From Marsupella aquatica (Eukaryota; Plantae; Marchantiophyta), in assembly GCA_973895155.1 (NCBI GenBank), contig OZ316899.1, forward strand, positions 15,775,974-15,839,973: a stretch of 64,000 nucleotides of DNA, read 5' to 3'. Below, in pieces: positions 49,388-63,200 of the stretch (within the stretch, counting starts at the first letter, position 1; each line of letters begins with the position of its first letter). The translations under genes and the position numbers were made by a program. Under the pieces are notes generated by a model. It searched no databases. It was not told the DNA's origin and saw only the letters and a program-made list of their open reading frames with translations.

Positions 49388-52300
49388 TGTGATGCCTAGC
49401 CAGGAATCACTAGGCCGCATAAAAGGTAAAACCAGGTGGTATACAATAAACCATTGGTATAAGGAGGAAAAAACAAGAAAACATAAACAATTAAGGGTAC
49501 ACATGCAACCCAAGCCAAGGCCAGAAGTAAAAGGCGTAACGGCCACTAAGGGGCACGCTAAGTATCAGCGGCTATAGGTAATCAATAACCAAGACAAGCA
49601 GCGGCAGGCTAGAGGGGGGGGTAAGGGAGGTTCACCACGAGTGACGGCTCACATTCGCACATAGATTGAGAAGATTACGAGCATAAGCCAACGACTGTCA
49701 GCCGCGAAGGTGAACACGGTGGGCATAACCAGATACCAAGCAACAACAAAGGAGGGAATGAGCAACATCAATCAAGCGGCACATTTCTAGGGATGCCTGT
49801 TCGAACGGGCAAGTGAGTACATTGGGACCTACGAGGAGGAAGAGTCAAAAAGAGCAGCCCGCAAACAATAAGAGCTTTCTTGGCTGTGGGAATTGCAGAA
49901 GTCGACCTTCTTAGGAGGAGAGCTCATCAAGGCTGAGTTCTTGTGGACACCTACTGCCGATGAGCTCAACAATCTTCTAATTTGAGAGAACAAAATCATC
50001 GGCATTTGGCGGGCCATCAACAACTGCAACAACAAACACTGGGACCTAAAGGGTTGTACAGAGGCATGGACAAAAGCAACAGTGTTGGGGGAGTTGTCAG
50101 GAGCGGCCGAAAGGAAAAGGAAGATGGCCAACAACAAAGAAATCACACCGGCCAAAAGGACAAGGTTGGCAGCATCAAGAAGGCCGGCCCAGCCCAGCAA
50201 GGGAGGCATAGGGAGGAGGAAGCCGAGGAACAAGAGGTCAACCCAGTCAATGCCACTCCTACCAGAGATGACACATGGAAGGGTTGGGCGACAATAATAC
50301 CACAAGCAGTGCAACTACATTTTTCACGAGAGGAGGATGCATGCTTTACAGCCACGCAGACCAAAAAATATCAAGGCTTCATGGTCGGATCGGGCTTGGA
50401 AACCTTTGTTAGATTGCCGTGGCTAAAGCTGAAGGTGCCAGAATCAGACTTGCTGGAATTTGTGGGATCATGGGACCACAAGTCCAGCTCAACCAAGATC
50501 TACAAAAGGGACTTCTATCTCACTCCCAAGGTGATAGCTGAAGTATTTGGCTTGCCAATGGGCAACAAGACCAAGGTAGACACTCGGAAGAACTTGTCGG
50601 ACAAGGAGTTTAGATTGTTCCTTGGGCCATCAACGAAGAATGGCTTCTTCCAAAACACCTGCACCAACCTGCACATTGGAGAAATGATTGATTTCTTGTG
50701 GGTAACAATGCATTGCAACTTGCCGAGACCAAAGATCGGCAAGGCACAGGTTTACCTGGTAGAGAGGCCAGACCCAAGTCGGGACTACAACGGGTACCTC
50801 CTCAACCAATTGAAGAAAATATTGAGGGAGGAACAGCAAGTGATAAGCCAGGGGAGCATGTCTTGGCTTGGTTATCATATGCCGCTATTGTGCCGGTATG
50901 CCCAAAGTCAGATCTTTGCGCCAATACTCCCCCTGCAGGCAAGGGCGCCGGATGAGGCGTCGGAGCCGAGGCCTGCAGCAAGGAAGCCCAAACCACCCGG
51001 CAGCCCCACAATAGCATAGATCTTTAGGCCAACGCCGGGAGCCATGCCGATGCAGCAACCAGCTATGCAGAGCCTCTTGCACATGCTGTAGAAGGAGAAG
51101 ACGGCAATCGTAGCAGAGGCACCAGCCCAGGGCATGGTTGGGGTGGGAAGCATTGGAAGACCCACCAGAGCAGATTTGTTTGTCAGGGCTGCAGAGAGAA
51201 GGAGGCTGGAAGACGAGCTGGGGGTGCGGACGTCCGTGGGGGCCTCAAGACCAGAACCAGAAGGACAAGGGCCCAGGGTTCCTAGTCATGATGAGGAGAG
51301 AAGAAGGCAGGTGTGCAAGTCGGAGGAGAGAATCACACACCTGCACAGTTGCCGGCAAGATGCCGCACTCGCGGATAGCCCCCAAGGGGATCCGCAGGCA
51401 CTGGTAATCCAGGCCGGAAGGGAGAGCGTGGAGGACTACCACAAGGAGGACTTTGGCTATGGGTCATATTGTTTGGTACCAGGGTGTGGACCTATGGCCG
51501 TTTCATCCCCACCCTTCCAAGAGTGGTGCGTGGGGACCCACAACAACAGAGAAGGTTGGAGTCTCCCCCACCAGACGTTCCTCCTCCAAATTACGATGGG
51601 AGAAAACAAGCCGACGAGGAGCAACAGGAGAGACTCCGAGATTTGGAGAGGGCAACCCTAGCCAAGGAGAAGGATTTGCCAAGCGGAGGATGGCCAGAGG
51701 ACATTTGGCGGCTTGCAGAGGACCAAGCCGGGCCCTTGCCCACGTTTGACAAGATTTGGATGGCGGCATGGGAACAAAGGCCGCGTTGGGAGATGCTGGC
51801 ATCTCCTAACTACTCCACCTATGCAGGTTCCAAAGCCCTGGAGTATGGGAGGATGTGCGGACTACTTGCCCTCAACATCTTTGGGGAAGAGTTGGAGACG
51901 GAGCCTTTTGTCTACAGATGTTGGAGAGAAGCCGGTTGGAGGAAGCACTAGCCTTGGAGAGGATGAAGAAGGAGGAAGTCATCCGACGGCTTAGAGAGAA
52001 GGAAGTTGAGGCTGGAGATTTAAAGGGGCCAAGCAAGCCCAGGACAAGCTGCGGGTTAGAAAGCATGAGATAAGCATCATGCAGGGGCAACTGGCCTAGA
52101 CCTAGGGGGATTTGGCCGAGGCCCTTAAGGAGAAGGAGAAGTGGAAGCAAGAGCTTAAAAATGCAGAAGCATCTCACCTCATGGTCATCAACAAAGCCAT
52201 GGCCGAGGCGCAGAGGAAGGATCGGGCACTGAAGGAGGAGATCAAAGAATTCCGGACGACCCTCCATAAAAAAGATGACTTAGATGAGGGCTACAGGAGC

Positions 52301-53580
52301 GTCGACAAGCTAAAGGAGGACCTCAAAACCCTATCGGCCAATTGTCAAGCCAAACTGCATAAGAAGGATGACATGCTCGATCAAACCTACGAGAAGATGA
52401 ATAAGATAGAGTTTGATGTCATCTAGGAGCTCAATGCAGAGCTCAAAGCAAACCAGGAGGAGAGGGCGGCCTTATGGAAGGAGTTGGATGAAAGCCTGAA
52501 GGAGTTGGAGGAAGATTGCGGGGATTTGGATGAGACCCTAGAAGAGTTGGAGGACACCACACAGAAATTAGAGAACATGCAGAGGCGGGCAGACAACCAA
52601 ACGGATCAGCTGAAGAAACTGTCCGAGGAGTTAAATCGGTAGGCAGCAGCAAGTGAACCCCCGATGGTGGCAACGAGGTTGCAGGGTGTGGTCCTAACCG
52701 AGTGATAGGCCAAGGTACCCTCACCTTTGCTGGAAGTAAGTGGCAAGGGGAAGGCACCGGCTCTTTGGGAAGGGAAGGACGAAGAAGCAGCCCTGACACT
52801 TAGATTAGTGGGATTGCGGATCCGCTGGTAAGAGCAACACTTGTGCTCTTGCCCCGCTGTACATAGGTAGATTCCAATTAGAGGTAGATTTGGCTTACGC
52901 AGCAAGGAAATAGGTAGGTGCGTTGCCAGGATAAATACCTGTGCAAGCGGGGACTTGGGGGGCCTTCTTCATAAGCAAGTTTTTAGTGCACCAGCAAGGC
53001 TAGGATCAATTAGTAAAGAGAAGCTCTTGGTTAGTTATGTAGTGACCCTTGTGTATATTGATGTGTCCTCATGCCTAAGAGATGAATAGAGTTGGCTTTT
53101 TGGCTTAGTTTGTAGACCTTGTTTATGAGAAGTACTCATTGTACGGCAATGGCATGGTATAACTTAGTCAGTAGGAGTCATCTTTCTAGTTGTGTGTCGC
53201 ATCAACTTGTGTGAAGATTGCCCACATCAACTACAGGAGAGAAAGGAAGGTTAGAAGCAGGGAGAGTTGGATGTGTTGAACTGAGAAGGATCCAACCGGC
53301 TACCCAAGCCGATTGGGCATCATTCCGGGGGCAGAATCCAAACATGCCTGAAGGGAGACCAATAGAAGAGAGTAAGGAGAGGCCGAGAATAGGCCGGGTG
53401 CATATCTCATGACCCGGTGAAGGATCTATCTAGTATATGTGGTTAAAAAGCTAGTAGAGTAGAGTTAGCAGCGTCCCATGCCGACAAGCCGCGGAACCGG
53501 CCTTGGTAGGAGCAAAACCGGTGGGAATCGGCTTGTTCAAGTCGGGTTCGTGGGTTTAGGGTGTCATGGGATGCACCACA
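49388..53580 (+). mobile_element. Family-B 5' LTR (copy 3, 4193 bp)
   Basis: TGTGATGCC...GCACCACA, immediately followed by a PBS and gag; a deletion near 52790 makes it shorter than copy 1. Confidence 0.9.
49758..52803 (+). pseudogene. Family-B LTR-encoded protein, copy 3 (disrupted), same strand as gag
   Basis: ATG 49758 (MSNINQAAHF; copy 1 MSNVNQDAHF); ORF pieces 49982..51019, 51134..51661, 51469..51951 and 52112..52426. Confidence 0.78.
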
Positions 53581-53584
53581 TTTT

Positions 53585-53602
53585 TGGCGCTAGATGGAGG
53601 GG
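53585..53602 (+). promoter_or_regulatory. Primer-binding site, probably tRNA-Asn
   Basis: TGGCGCTAGATGGAGGGG 4 nt after the LTR end. It is one mismatch from the complement of the plant tRNA-Asn 3' end as I recall it (TGGCGCTAGAAGGAGGGG). Confidence 0.75.
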
Positions 53603-53872
53603 CATTTCTTAAGCCGTGAGATATGGATCTAGGTAAAGAAGTGTAGGTAATACACGGCTGAACCTACACCTAGAGAAGAACGAGTGATACAACAAGAGAG
53701 AGCTCGTTTGCAGCAGATTGCCGGGTGGCAGGAAACACAGCGACTAAGAGAGCGGAAAATAGAGCCAGTAGCTCCGTGATATAGAGTGGTGTTGAGGAAG
53801 AAGAATTAGAAGAGGGGTTGGTTACCTGCATGGAGTCCATTCAATTCAAGCGCTAGCTACCCAACTGAGAGC

Positions 53873-54570
53873 ATGGGGGAACCAGAGGCACGACCAGGCC
53901 AGAGGAGAGGAACCAGGCTAAGTCAACAATTGTGCATCCATTACAAGGCATTTCATGGCAGAGGAGATGAGGATCCTGATGAATGGTTGGATGATTTTGA
54001 AGGGACCGCTGCAGCAAATGGAGAGTCAGCCATTAGGATGCAGATCCTGCCCAACTTGTTCAAAGGTGAGGCAAGACCGTGGTACAGAGCACTAGATGTT
54101 GAGGAACAAGGTGACTGGGAACTCTTCAAATCATTGTTTGTCAAGGAGTTTTGACCCATTGGAACCTCAAAATTGGCAGTACTGAAGTTAGGACAACTTT
54201 GGTTCAAGGAGAACAAGTCCTTCCGGAAGTTCTTACAACGCTTCCAAAAGCTGGTAAGACGTACAAAGACCAATGCATCGAAAGGTATGCAACTTCAATG
54301 GTTAGTAAATGCGTTACCACAGAAGATGAGCTTTGCAATTAGGAAGGAAAACCCTGAGACCTTAGCCAATGCAGTTAGAGATATCCATTTATATATTAAT
54401 GCAGATATCACCAGCGAGAAGAAATAGTTCAAATCAGGGAGCTCATCATCTGATGAAGGATTGACCAAGAAGAAGAAAATAAAAATAAAAATTCCAAGAA
54501 GCCAAGAAGTGACAACTCAAGCTCGGATAGTGAAAGTAGCAAGAGTGAGTCCTCTTCTAGCTCTGAGGAA
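53873..54570 (+). pseudogene. gag: Family-B gag (truncated)
   Basis: FHGRGDEDPDEWLDDF...LFKGEARPWY...W..FK..F..EF retrotransposon-gag motif. Confidence 0.82.
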
Positions 54571-54571
54571 G

Positions 54572-57474
54572 AAGTTGGTCTTGCTTTGTGGCTTCTTCTA
54601 GAAGCCATGCCACCTCCGCCTTAAGGGCGCCAATCTTTGCAGTTTCTCTGTGGGCCCGGGCATCAGTGTCCTTTGCATCCTTCTGCCAAGTGAGAGCTTG
54701 TCCTTTTAGGCTGTCAATCTGCGCCCAAAGCCGAGCAATCTCCGCATCCTTCCCGGCTCCGGCTTGTGTAGCTAAGGCTGCCTTGGCTTTGGCCTCAGTG
54801 ATCTGGGCCAAAGCGGTCGCGAGCTAGGGCTGAAGAAGCTGAAGCTCGGTCTCTCAATCCGAGGCTTCATCCAAAAGTTGGGTTGCCTCAACGCAATACT
54901 GCTCAATCCTCCTTGTGGCTTTGGACTGTGCTCGTCCTGCTCATACCGCCGCACCAGTTCTTGGCTAAAGAAGTACGCCATCTTTTGGGCCATAAACAAC
55001 CCAACGTCTCAACCAACTTTTGCAGAGAAGTTGTTAAGAAACCCATTCAAAAATGTACCCAAAGCAATGTATTTTGGGTTCATTAGGTCATGGCTGCTGG
55101 CTCTTGGGCACTGCCCTCCTTCTATTTGGGTGGGGGCGGGGTGGATAAATCCAACTCCAGAGTGACAAAGACTAGGGTAGCTGGATCCGCAAAGGATGGG
55201 GGTTCCGTTAGTGCTGCCATGGGGGATGTAAGGGCTTCCTTGGCAGGGGCTACCGGCTCAAGATCAGCTTCAACAAGGTCGATTGCGATGGTGGCTTGAG
55301 CTTGGTTCTATGCGTCTAAGGTCGCAATGACTGCTGCGTCCAGTACGGAAGGAGGGGATTCAGTGGTTGACTACAAGGTCAAGGTAGGGGCGAAAGCCAT
55401 GGGTGCTGGGCTTTGGGCCTTGGGTTGGGGCCATCTCTCTTGAGCCAAAAAGACCCACCTGGCCGGGATGAGTTTGGGCTTGTTGCACCGAGGAAGGGTT
55501 TGGCGATCAAAACGGGCATACCACTCTATGATAATCTCTATGTGGCTTGCAAGGTATGTCTTTCCCACAAGGTACAAGGTCTTCCTTTGTTGTTCCATCT
55601 CCTCGTGGAACTTCTTCATGAAGAAAGAAGCCCACTTCCTAGGGCCGGTAGTTTTTGACCTGAATCACCGAGGTGGCGGATATCTCTCCCCGCGGCTCCA
55701 TCATGTGGAGCGCATAACTCTAGAACTCCAACCATTCTACTATCTCCGGGATGAGGCATGTTTGCATGAGGAAGCCGTTGTCCACCAATCCCTCGGACGA
55801 GAAGCTAGAGGACTGGTACTTGGCTCCCTTGCCCCCTGGTGTCCGTGATTCTACCCAATCTGATCCTTTGGGTAGGCCAAAGATGAGCTTCAGCCATGCC
55901 TTGTTCAAGGACATCACTCGTCTGTGAGCATAGGTCTATTGTTGGGATTTGTCAAAGTTCTAGATGAACTCTGTCATGTCTTGCCCATAGTACTTGTAGG
56001 TGTTCCAAGGGAGAGCGGCAAGGTGCTCAAACCCTTGGGTTTTTAGGTAACCTGCATGCTTTGGGTGGAGAATGTTTTTGTGGACATTCTCCCCCATTTG
56101 ATGCATGCTTAATTTGGCCACTACAATGGTGGCCACGGGTAAGCCCGATACTGAAGCCAGCTCCTTTTGCTTCTTACCCCAGGATCTGGGGTGACTCATT
56201 GAGGGGGACAACTCCTTGTCTTCCTTATCCCGTGGTGGCTAAATTGCTACCACTATAATTGGTACTGGTGTTGGGGCCGCAACCGTCACTGTGTTGTCTA
56301 CCGGGGATGCCTCTCGGGTTTGGGCTTGTTGAGGTGGTGGTGTATTACCCATCCCGGGTCAACGAGCTCCCGGAGGTTTGCGGATAAGTGGTGGAGGAAC
56401 TTCCTCATCCTCCAAGCTCAGGTTGACCACACTCACCACGAATTGCACCCAAGCGAATGGTGCAATCAGTGGCAGAGAGCGGCTGGAGGGTGCTTGGGGC
56501 GGCATCTGCGCCTGTCCTAGCACTGGTGAGTTGGCCGTAGGTGCTGCTGGAGGAGGTGCCATGGGACCTAGAGTTCCTAATGGGAAGCCAAGTGATGCTG
56601 AGATTGACGATGGTCCGCTCGGGTTCGGCCTATTACCAAACCGACAGTCAAGGAAGGCCTGCACCCTAGCGGGTATGTCGTCAAAGTGATAACGTTGTAA
56701 GTCCGTCGTGTCAGGGATCTTGAAAACCTCATTCGGGAGTTAGAGGAGTGCTTCTCCAAAACCTAGGTACTTGGTCCCCTTGAAGAAGAACTCAGAGATC
56801 TTAGTGTCCTGACAGTACTTGCTCTCAAACGGAAGGTTGAGGTTGTTGTTGTAATGAGAGCGCCTGTTCAACCGGATAAGTTGTTTGTAATGCCTTTTGG
56901 CATTGTACTTCCGCTGGTTGTGCTCAGCAAGTGAGGTCGCAAGATTGTTACCAATGCACAGAAGTTGGTACCAAAAGCAAATAGCAAAACTGGACGTAAT
57001 TGTGACAGACATATTGCAAAGTTTCAAGGGCTTGCTAAATTACTAAGTACGCAAAGGTGTCGGGCTCAAAGCTTGCGCAAGGAGAGAACTGGTGAACCCC
57101 ATACGGGGAAGGGTCCATCTTTTATACCCCTGCCTTGCCTTGATCAATTGGCTCCTCTTGTTCATGATAGGCCGGGCTTGTCATGCTCGAGGCTTACCAA
57201 TCACTCCTTCCGTCCGGGTCAGAGCGTGGCAGATAGCTGCCTCCGGATCAGTTATATGGATCCAAGGCGGACAGCCATAACGCGCCTTTAATCCAGTGGT
57301 ATGTCAGGTGCTGTGCGTCAGCCTGATTATGAACTCCCATTATTACTAAAACCTATCCTAAGCATCATGACTAGCTAATGTTGTGTCTTTATGCTAATAA
57401 CTATGGATTCCTAAGTCTACTTCATTCGTGCGTAACATGGATTACTCATTACCAGCCGTGCTGGTGGTGCCACA
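54572..57474 (-). mobile_element. Diverged, truncated family-C element (copy 2) with disrupted ORF starting at 57012
   Basis: Terminus TGTGGCACCACCAGCACGGCTGGTAATGAG matches the copy-1 start. Peptides MGENVHKNILHPKH, ESRTPGGKGAKYQSSSF and AEIARLWAQIDSLK match 35536..37569. Confidence 0.85.
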
Positions 57475-57565
57475 TAGCTCCCTACTTAGCTTTGAAGTGT
57501 CCTTGCAAACATCACTATCTGCGGTATCGTCTTGATGATGGTACTTTATTACACGGTCATAATTA

Positions 57566-60169
57566 CACTAGTAGAAACCAGGGTCTATTTAGACCTTATT
57601 AAACGACTATCCACCACCGTTTAGGACTTGCAAAAGACTGGGCGGGACTACAGTCCTTTATAAGACTGTGAGTTGTATGTTTTGTTACTAAGCTCGACTC
57701 AGTCCTTTATAGAACTGCATGACCAGTCGTATAATAAACTTGATTTTCAGTCATTTCTAGTCTTTATATTGGCCGTTTTGGTGAGTCATTTTTAGTCTTT
57801 CATGGGTTGTGCGGGTGAGTCGTTGTGAAAGACTAAAATGGTGATAATCGGGTAGTCTTAAAGGTTACTTGATGGGTTCATAAAATGACTAAATGAGATA
57901 CTTTGTGGGGTTTGTATTAGTCTTCCATGTCTTCCATGTCTTCCATAAAGTTCTGTGAAACTCTATATGTTCCAAGTTGACATAGAATGAGGGAAAACAA
58001 ATTCAGACATCATAGACAAACACCATAGAAAATGTCACAAGTTCAAACATCATTCACCAGCCCCATAGGTCACAAGGCATTCTTCTACACCATGTCAACT
58101 AATCTGAAATTTCACAAAATAGATTCAAGTATCATAGACAATCACCATTGATCCATAGTTTGGCATGAATCACTTGTTGCATACATACATACAGAATTCA
58201 GAAATATACATGTCACACATAAATGACAACAAATCCTTCATCCTCTTCACCAAATTCAAAATTGGTACATGTAGTTCTTGGATCTCTCCAAGTCAATGTC
58301 AAAATGTAACACAATTCACATGATTCTTTCACTACGGGAGACAAACACACTCTGATGGCCAGAGCACAAGAGATCCTATTGCATTTGCATTTACTTCCTG
58401 AGGTGGATCATCTGCTCTATTTGGAAATGGCAAATTACAATCAGATACAATCACTATAGTCAATAACACTACTACATGGTCATCCGGGACCACTTTGCCA
58501 TGGAATTTAGCATGATCCGGTTGTAAAATGCTTGTACCCACACATACCTGTGAGTCATCCTCCCATGATAGAAGATTATGGACTGGCTCTACTGTGGCTA
58601 TCACCTCCACTTCACCCTGATTGTTTTTCTTGGCTTTCCTGGGTGGCTTATACATGACATTGTTCATACCTTGATTGCGAGTGTTTTGTGCTGGTGATCG
58701 AGAATTGGGGACACTCTTCTTCAAAGAACTTGCATCCATATTTGACACTTCTGATTGTGTAGCAAGATTTCCCTGCGACATCATCTCAGTATTTGCTTCA
58801 ATTGAAGCATCTACAATGTTACTTGCATCCAATGTTGCTCCCAAGTTTTGGCGTCGCTTCACCCTGCTCCCACTTGGTTGAAAGTCTGTCAACTCTGCAT
58901 CAACTAGAATTCAGTGCATTGTTCAGTGCATAAGTCAATCACTAATCATATGTGCTAAATGTACATGTCACCAACCACAAACTTGTCACTATCACCTTAC
59001 CATTATGAACAGCCTTCTTCCCCTTCTTTGCCATTGCCACATCCTCCATGTCTGCTTCTGCTGATCCTAAATGAATAGAAATAAACACACCACAATATTC
59101 AGGTTGAATTTGTTAACCAATGAATTGTCTCACAACATTCATATACATTTAAAGCATAAGCGCACCTGATACCTCCAGGTTGGCTATGGACACTGAGGCA
59201 TTGGGCACATCTTTTTCATTATTTGTCTTTGAATCACCTAATACATCAATCATAATGTCACTTCAAATTTTGTTCATCCCACCAAGGTGACACAGTAAAG
59301 ATTACCTTTCACTGTAACTTAAGCTTGACCAAACTTCATGCACTTTTTAAATGTAAACTACTGAATCTTAGCATATTACCAGTCTCAAGAACCTTCTTGC
59401 CCTTCTGCTTACAAAAAACATCTGCCTTCAATGCTTCCGTTGTTCCTGCATTCAAACCATTCATGGTTTCATGAAAACCTAGTTGTAACATTTCCATCTC
59501 ATGGCACAATGAACAATATAGGTGTCATTTCCATACCTGTGTCAGATTTTCCAGTTCCCTTATTTGTGAACAAGGGCACACTTTGTACAAGGTTGCCCTC
59601 ACTGTACGGCTGGGAACCACCCCATTTCTCAATTACAAGCTTGAAATTAGATTCCACTAATGCAAGAAGGTTCGCTATAGATGCCTACACAATATCCAAG
59701 CGATCACCCAATTTACTTTCCACTCAAGGGAGTCCACACTCTAATGACTTCAACCGTTCACACATCTCTGTCAGAGTTGTAACAGTTCCCTGTCATTACA
59801 CCAAGGCACATATCTTAGATAACTGTCCCTAAGAAATGGTTGCTAACTTCCTACTACATTTCCTTCTGATGCTATCAAGTGCAAATAGTGTATGAACATA
59901 ACAGAATTACAGTCATAATCACCTATTTGGAACTAACACTTGTCACCTCACTCCTTTGTTTCATGAACTCCTCTCTCACTTCTTGTGCTGATGGTTCTTC
60001 ACCTGTCAATTTCTTCTGCATGCCACATCAACATACATGTCAATGAAACCAAGTGTTGATTGTCAATGAAAATGTAATAATGGTAGCAAGATGATAAGTT
60101 ATAGGTTTACTATCAAACATGTCACTACCTTACCAGTTGTTCTTTCACTGGAGCATAACTTCCTCTCCC
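57566..60169 (-). mobile_element. One end of a CACTA (En/Spm) transposon
   Basis: CACTAGTAGAAA terminus at 57566, followed by ~350 bp of short direct/inverted AGTC..GACT subterminal repeats and then a TnpA-like gene. Confidence 0.7.
58332..60169 (-). pseudogene. CACTA TnpA/TNP1-like gene, 3' exons
   Basis: The last exon encodes VGT..FHGKVVPDDHVVV...LPFP...AIGSLVLWP (En/Spm TNP1-like C-terminal domain). Several short exons with splice-like boundaries lie upstream. Confidence 0.6.
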
Positions 60170-60251
60170 GGGTATAACCACCGTGCCAGGAAACAGTAAA
60201 AAGAAAACAACAAACAGTAAACAAGAAACAACAAATGGGTGAGAATTTTTT

Positions 60252-63200
60252 TGATATTTAAAAAAAAAACTTGGAATTTATTATGTATCAACCATGGACA
60301 CACATACACCAGCAAGCTCACTTCCTTCATTACCTTGTGGGAGAGTAAACTTCTCCCTATGTAGTACATGGTATATCGGCAGTTATGTAACCTCCATTTC
60401 CCTACATTCTAGGGTAAGTAGGGTTAGGGTTTTAGCCCTTATAACACTCCCCCTTGGTTGAATGAAAAATATTTCAAACAACCACAAAAGTATGGGGAAA
60501 AACTAACCCGTTTAAGGATATGTCGATTATTTGGCCAAAGTTTTAGTATGGTCTCATTAAAACCATGCTCCAATCATGGAAAGAGTGCCACTACTATTAC
60601 ATGGTCTAAGGCCAAAAAAATGGAACATATCAAGAATTAACATGACTAAGGAAAAATTTATGCCTAAACTTAACACTAAAATTACACTATGGTATGTAAA
60701 GTAAACAGTAGTCTCTACTGTAAGAGTAAACCTAAATGCAATTGTAAGTGTACAGTAAATCTATAGATTAGGTATGCATTCGATAGTTTCCTGTAGTGGA
60801 GAGTCCTGTGTGAGTTGAATCTTGATTCGAAAGAACTGTGGAATACATGAGAACTTTGAGTCATCATTAGGAACGTTGGCACCGGAAAGAAAAACTGATT
60901 TTAGAATGTCGATTTCATCCAGTAGATGGTAACATCTGCGAGAGAGGAAGAGCGGGAAGCTATGCGTTGCTGAATGGTATGCAACTCGCCAAGGCAAAGC
61001 TTCCATCAATAGGCTGTCGAGTATTGCGCTGCAGCCACCTCCAGGAAAGAAAATGTTGAACTGAAATGAACGGGATCGTTGCTGCTCGACGTTGCACTTA
61101 TCCTTTTGGTTATCGGCTATTGCAAATGTGCATTGTGGGATCGCTGCTCGGATCAGAGAGAATCGGAGGAGAATCGGAGGAGAAGAGGTGAGCACGAAAA
61201 AGTTGTCGGCTCACTGGATGTTCTGGTTTTACAAGGTCCAGTTGTTTCTCGATTACTGCAAATGTGGGAGAGAACGACTGAGTTGCCCAGTCGATTGCAG
61301 TTCCTTAATAGTCGATTTAGTCTTGCTGTGCGCGAACCCGGGATAAGCTTCAGACACGGGTCAGAATACTCCTGGCTTGGCTTTCTTGGTGGAGGTCAGG
61401 CATGCTCGGTGGAGCTCGAGAGGAGGAGAGAAGATGCTGCTGCTGCTGGTAGTTGACTACTGCTGGTCGACTACACTGGTCCCACTGTGAGTTCCTTGTC
61501 CCTTTGTTCGGGAGTCGTTCTTGTTGGAGCTCAGTCTTGCTAGATGGAGCTTGGTCTTGCTCGCTCGACCTCTGTCTCCCTCAGTTCTTGAAGTATTTAC
61601 ATATCCTGAGTTCGTCTCTGTTGTTCATCTTACCTTTTCTGAGCTTGATTCTTCATCTTTATCAGCATAAGTGGAATGTCCCGTGATCAGTATTCCAGTA
61701 GAATATGTCTCCTGGTTTTCTATGAATAATAGAACATGTAATTTGTGTCAAGCAATGTCGATTTATTCATGAATGCCCTGCAGTAGTGATTTCATACTCC
61801 TCATTCCAATACCATATGTATGTTCCCTGTGTAGGGATGGTGGTAGTGGTTTCGTGAATAAATCTGCTCGATTTTCCTTGCTAGGAATCCACTGCACATT
61901 TACCTGTTCGCCATGCTGCTCATGTGTATAGAAGAACTTGGGTGCTATATGTTTAATTCGATCCCCTTTGATAAATCCCTGTACTATCTGATCGACACAG
62001 GGTCGATTGTCTTTGTATATAACAGTAGGTTTATCAAATCGGGGTCTGCCTGTGTTTTTCTGAATATGATCTATCAAATGTCTTAACCAAATGCATTCCC
62101 TAGTGGCTTCGTATAGGGCAATGATCTCCGAATGATTAGAAGAAGTAGCTGTCAGTGTCTGTTTGCAGCTTCTCCATGAGATAGCAGTACCTCCTTGAAG
62201 AAAAACATATCCTGTCTGGGATTTTGCGTCGTCAGGGTCGGAAAGGTACCCTGCGTCCGCATATCCCACTAATAGATTTTCTGACTGCTTGGGAAAGAAT
62301 AGTCCCAGGTCTGTGGTTCCTCGCAGGTAACGGAACACTCGCTTTACTCCATTCCAGTGACGGATAGTTGGTTTTGCACTATGGCGTGCAAGGAGATTCA
62401 CTGCGAAAGCTATGTCAGGACGGGACTGGGTAGCCAGGTACATTAGAGCACCTATCGCAGAGAGGTAAGGTTTTTCTGGGCCAAGAATTGCTTCCGGTGC
62501 AGTCCATTTCTTGAATGTATCTTTTGCAGGATCTGAGGATCTTAAATCCATTGGAGTGCTTACAGGGTAAGCAGCAACCATGTTAAACTATTTTAATACC
62601 TTCTCAGTGTAGGTCGATTGATTAACTAGTATGCCATTATGCAGGTGATTAAATTGTAAGCCCAAGCAATAGGTGGGCTTACCTATATCCCGCATCTCGA
62701 ATGTCTTCTTCAGGATTTCTATTGTTTCCGCTGTGATTTTTGCTGTGCCGAAAATATTGATGTCGTCCACATAAATTGCGATAATGACAAATTCATTTCC
62801 TTCCTGTTTGATAAAGAGGCACGGAGCAATATCATCAGTAATAAAATTCAATGTAATCATTTCAGCTTTGAATCGTTTATACCAGGTCCGCCCACTCTGT
62901 TTTAAACCATATAGAGAACGAAGTACCTGAACTGCAAGTTCTCTTTTAACTTTCTTTGTTGGTATAACAGGGGTAGCCTGTGAGGAAGACATTCGTTTCC
63001 TCTGAGCAGATGTGTGCAGTACATCTTGCTTAGTCGGGACTAAAGGTCCGATTTCAGTCGTCACTGAATTCAAATTGCCTGTAGGACAAGTTTGATGTAC
63101 TCCAGGTTGTAGACCTGGGTTTATTTTACCGGTTTTCTCCCCCTCAATGTGAAACGTCAATCGCTTGATGAGTTCCGGGGGTGCCTTCATATAAATCTTG

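Noticed and set aside
54558-57479. TAGCT on both sides of family-C copy 2 as a TSD
   Set aside because: The element lacks its 3' ~1.1 kb and terminus, and the left TAGCT lies within gag Ser codons; most likely chance.
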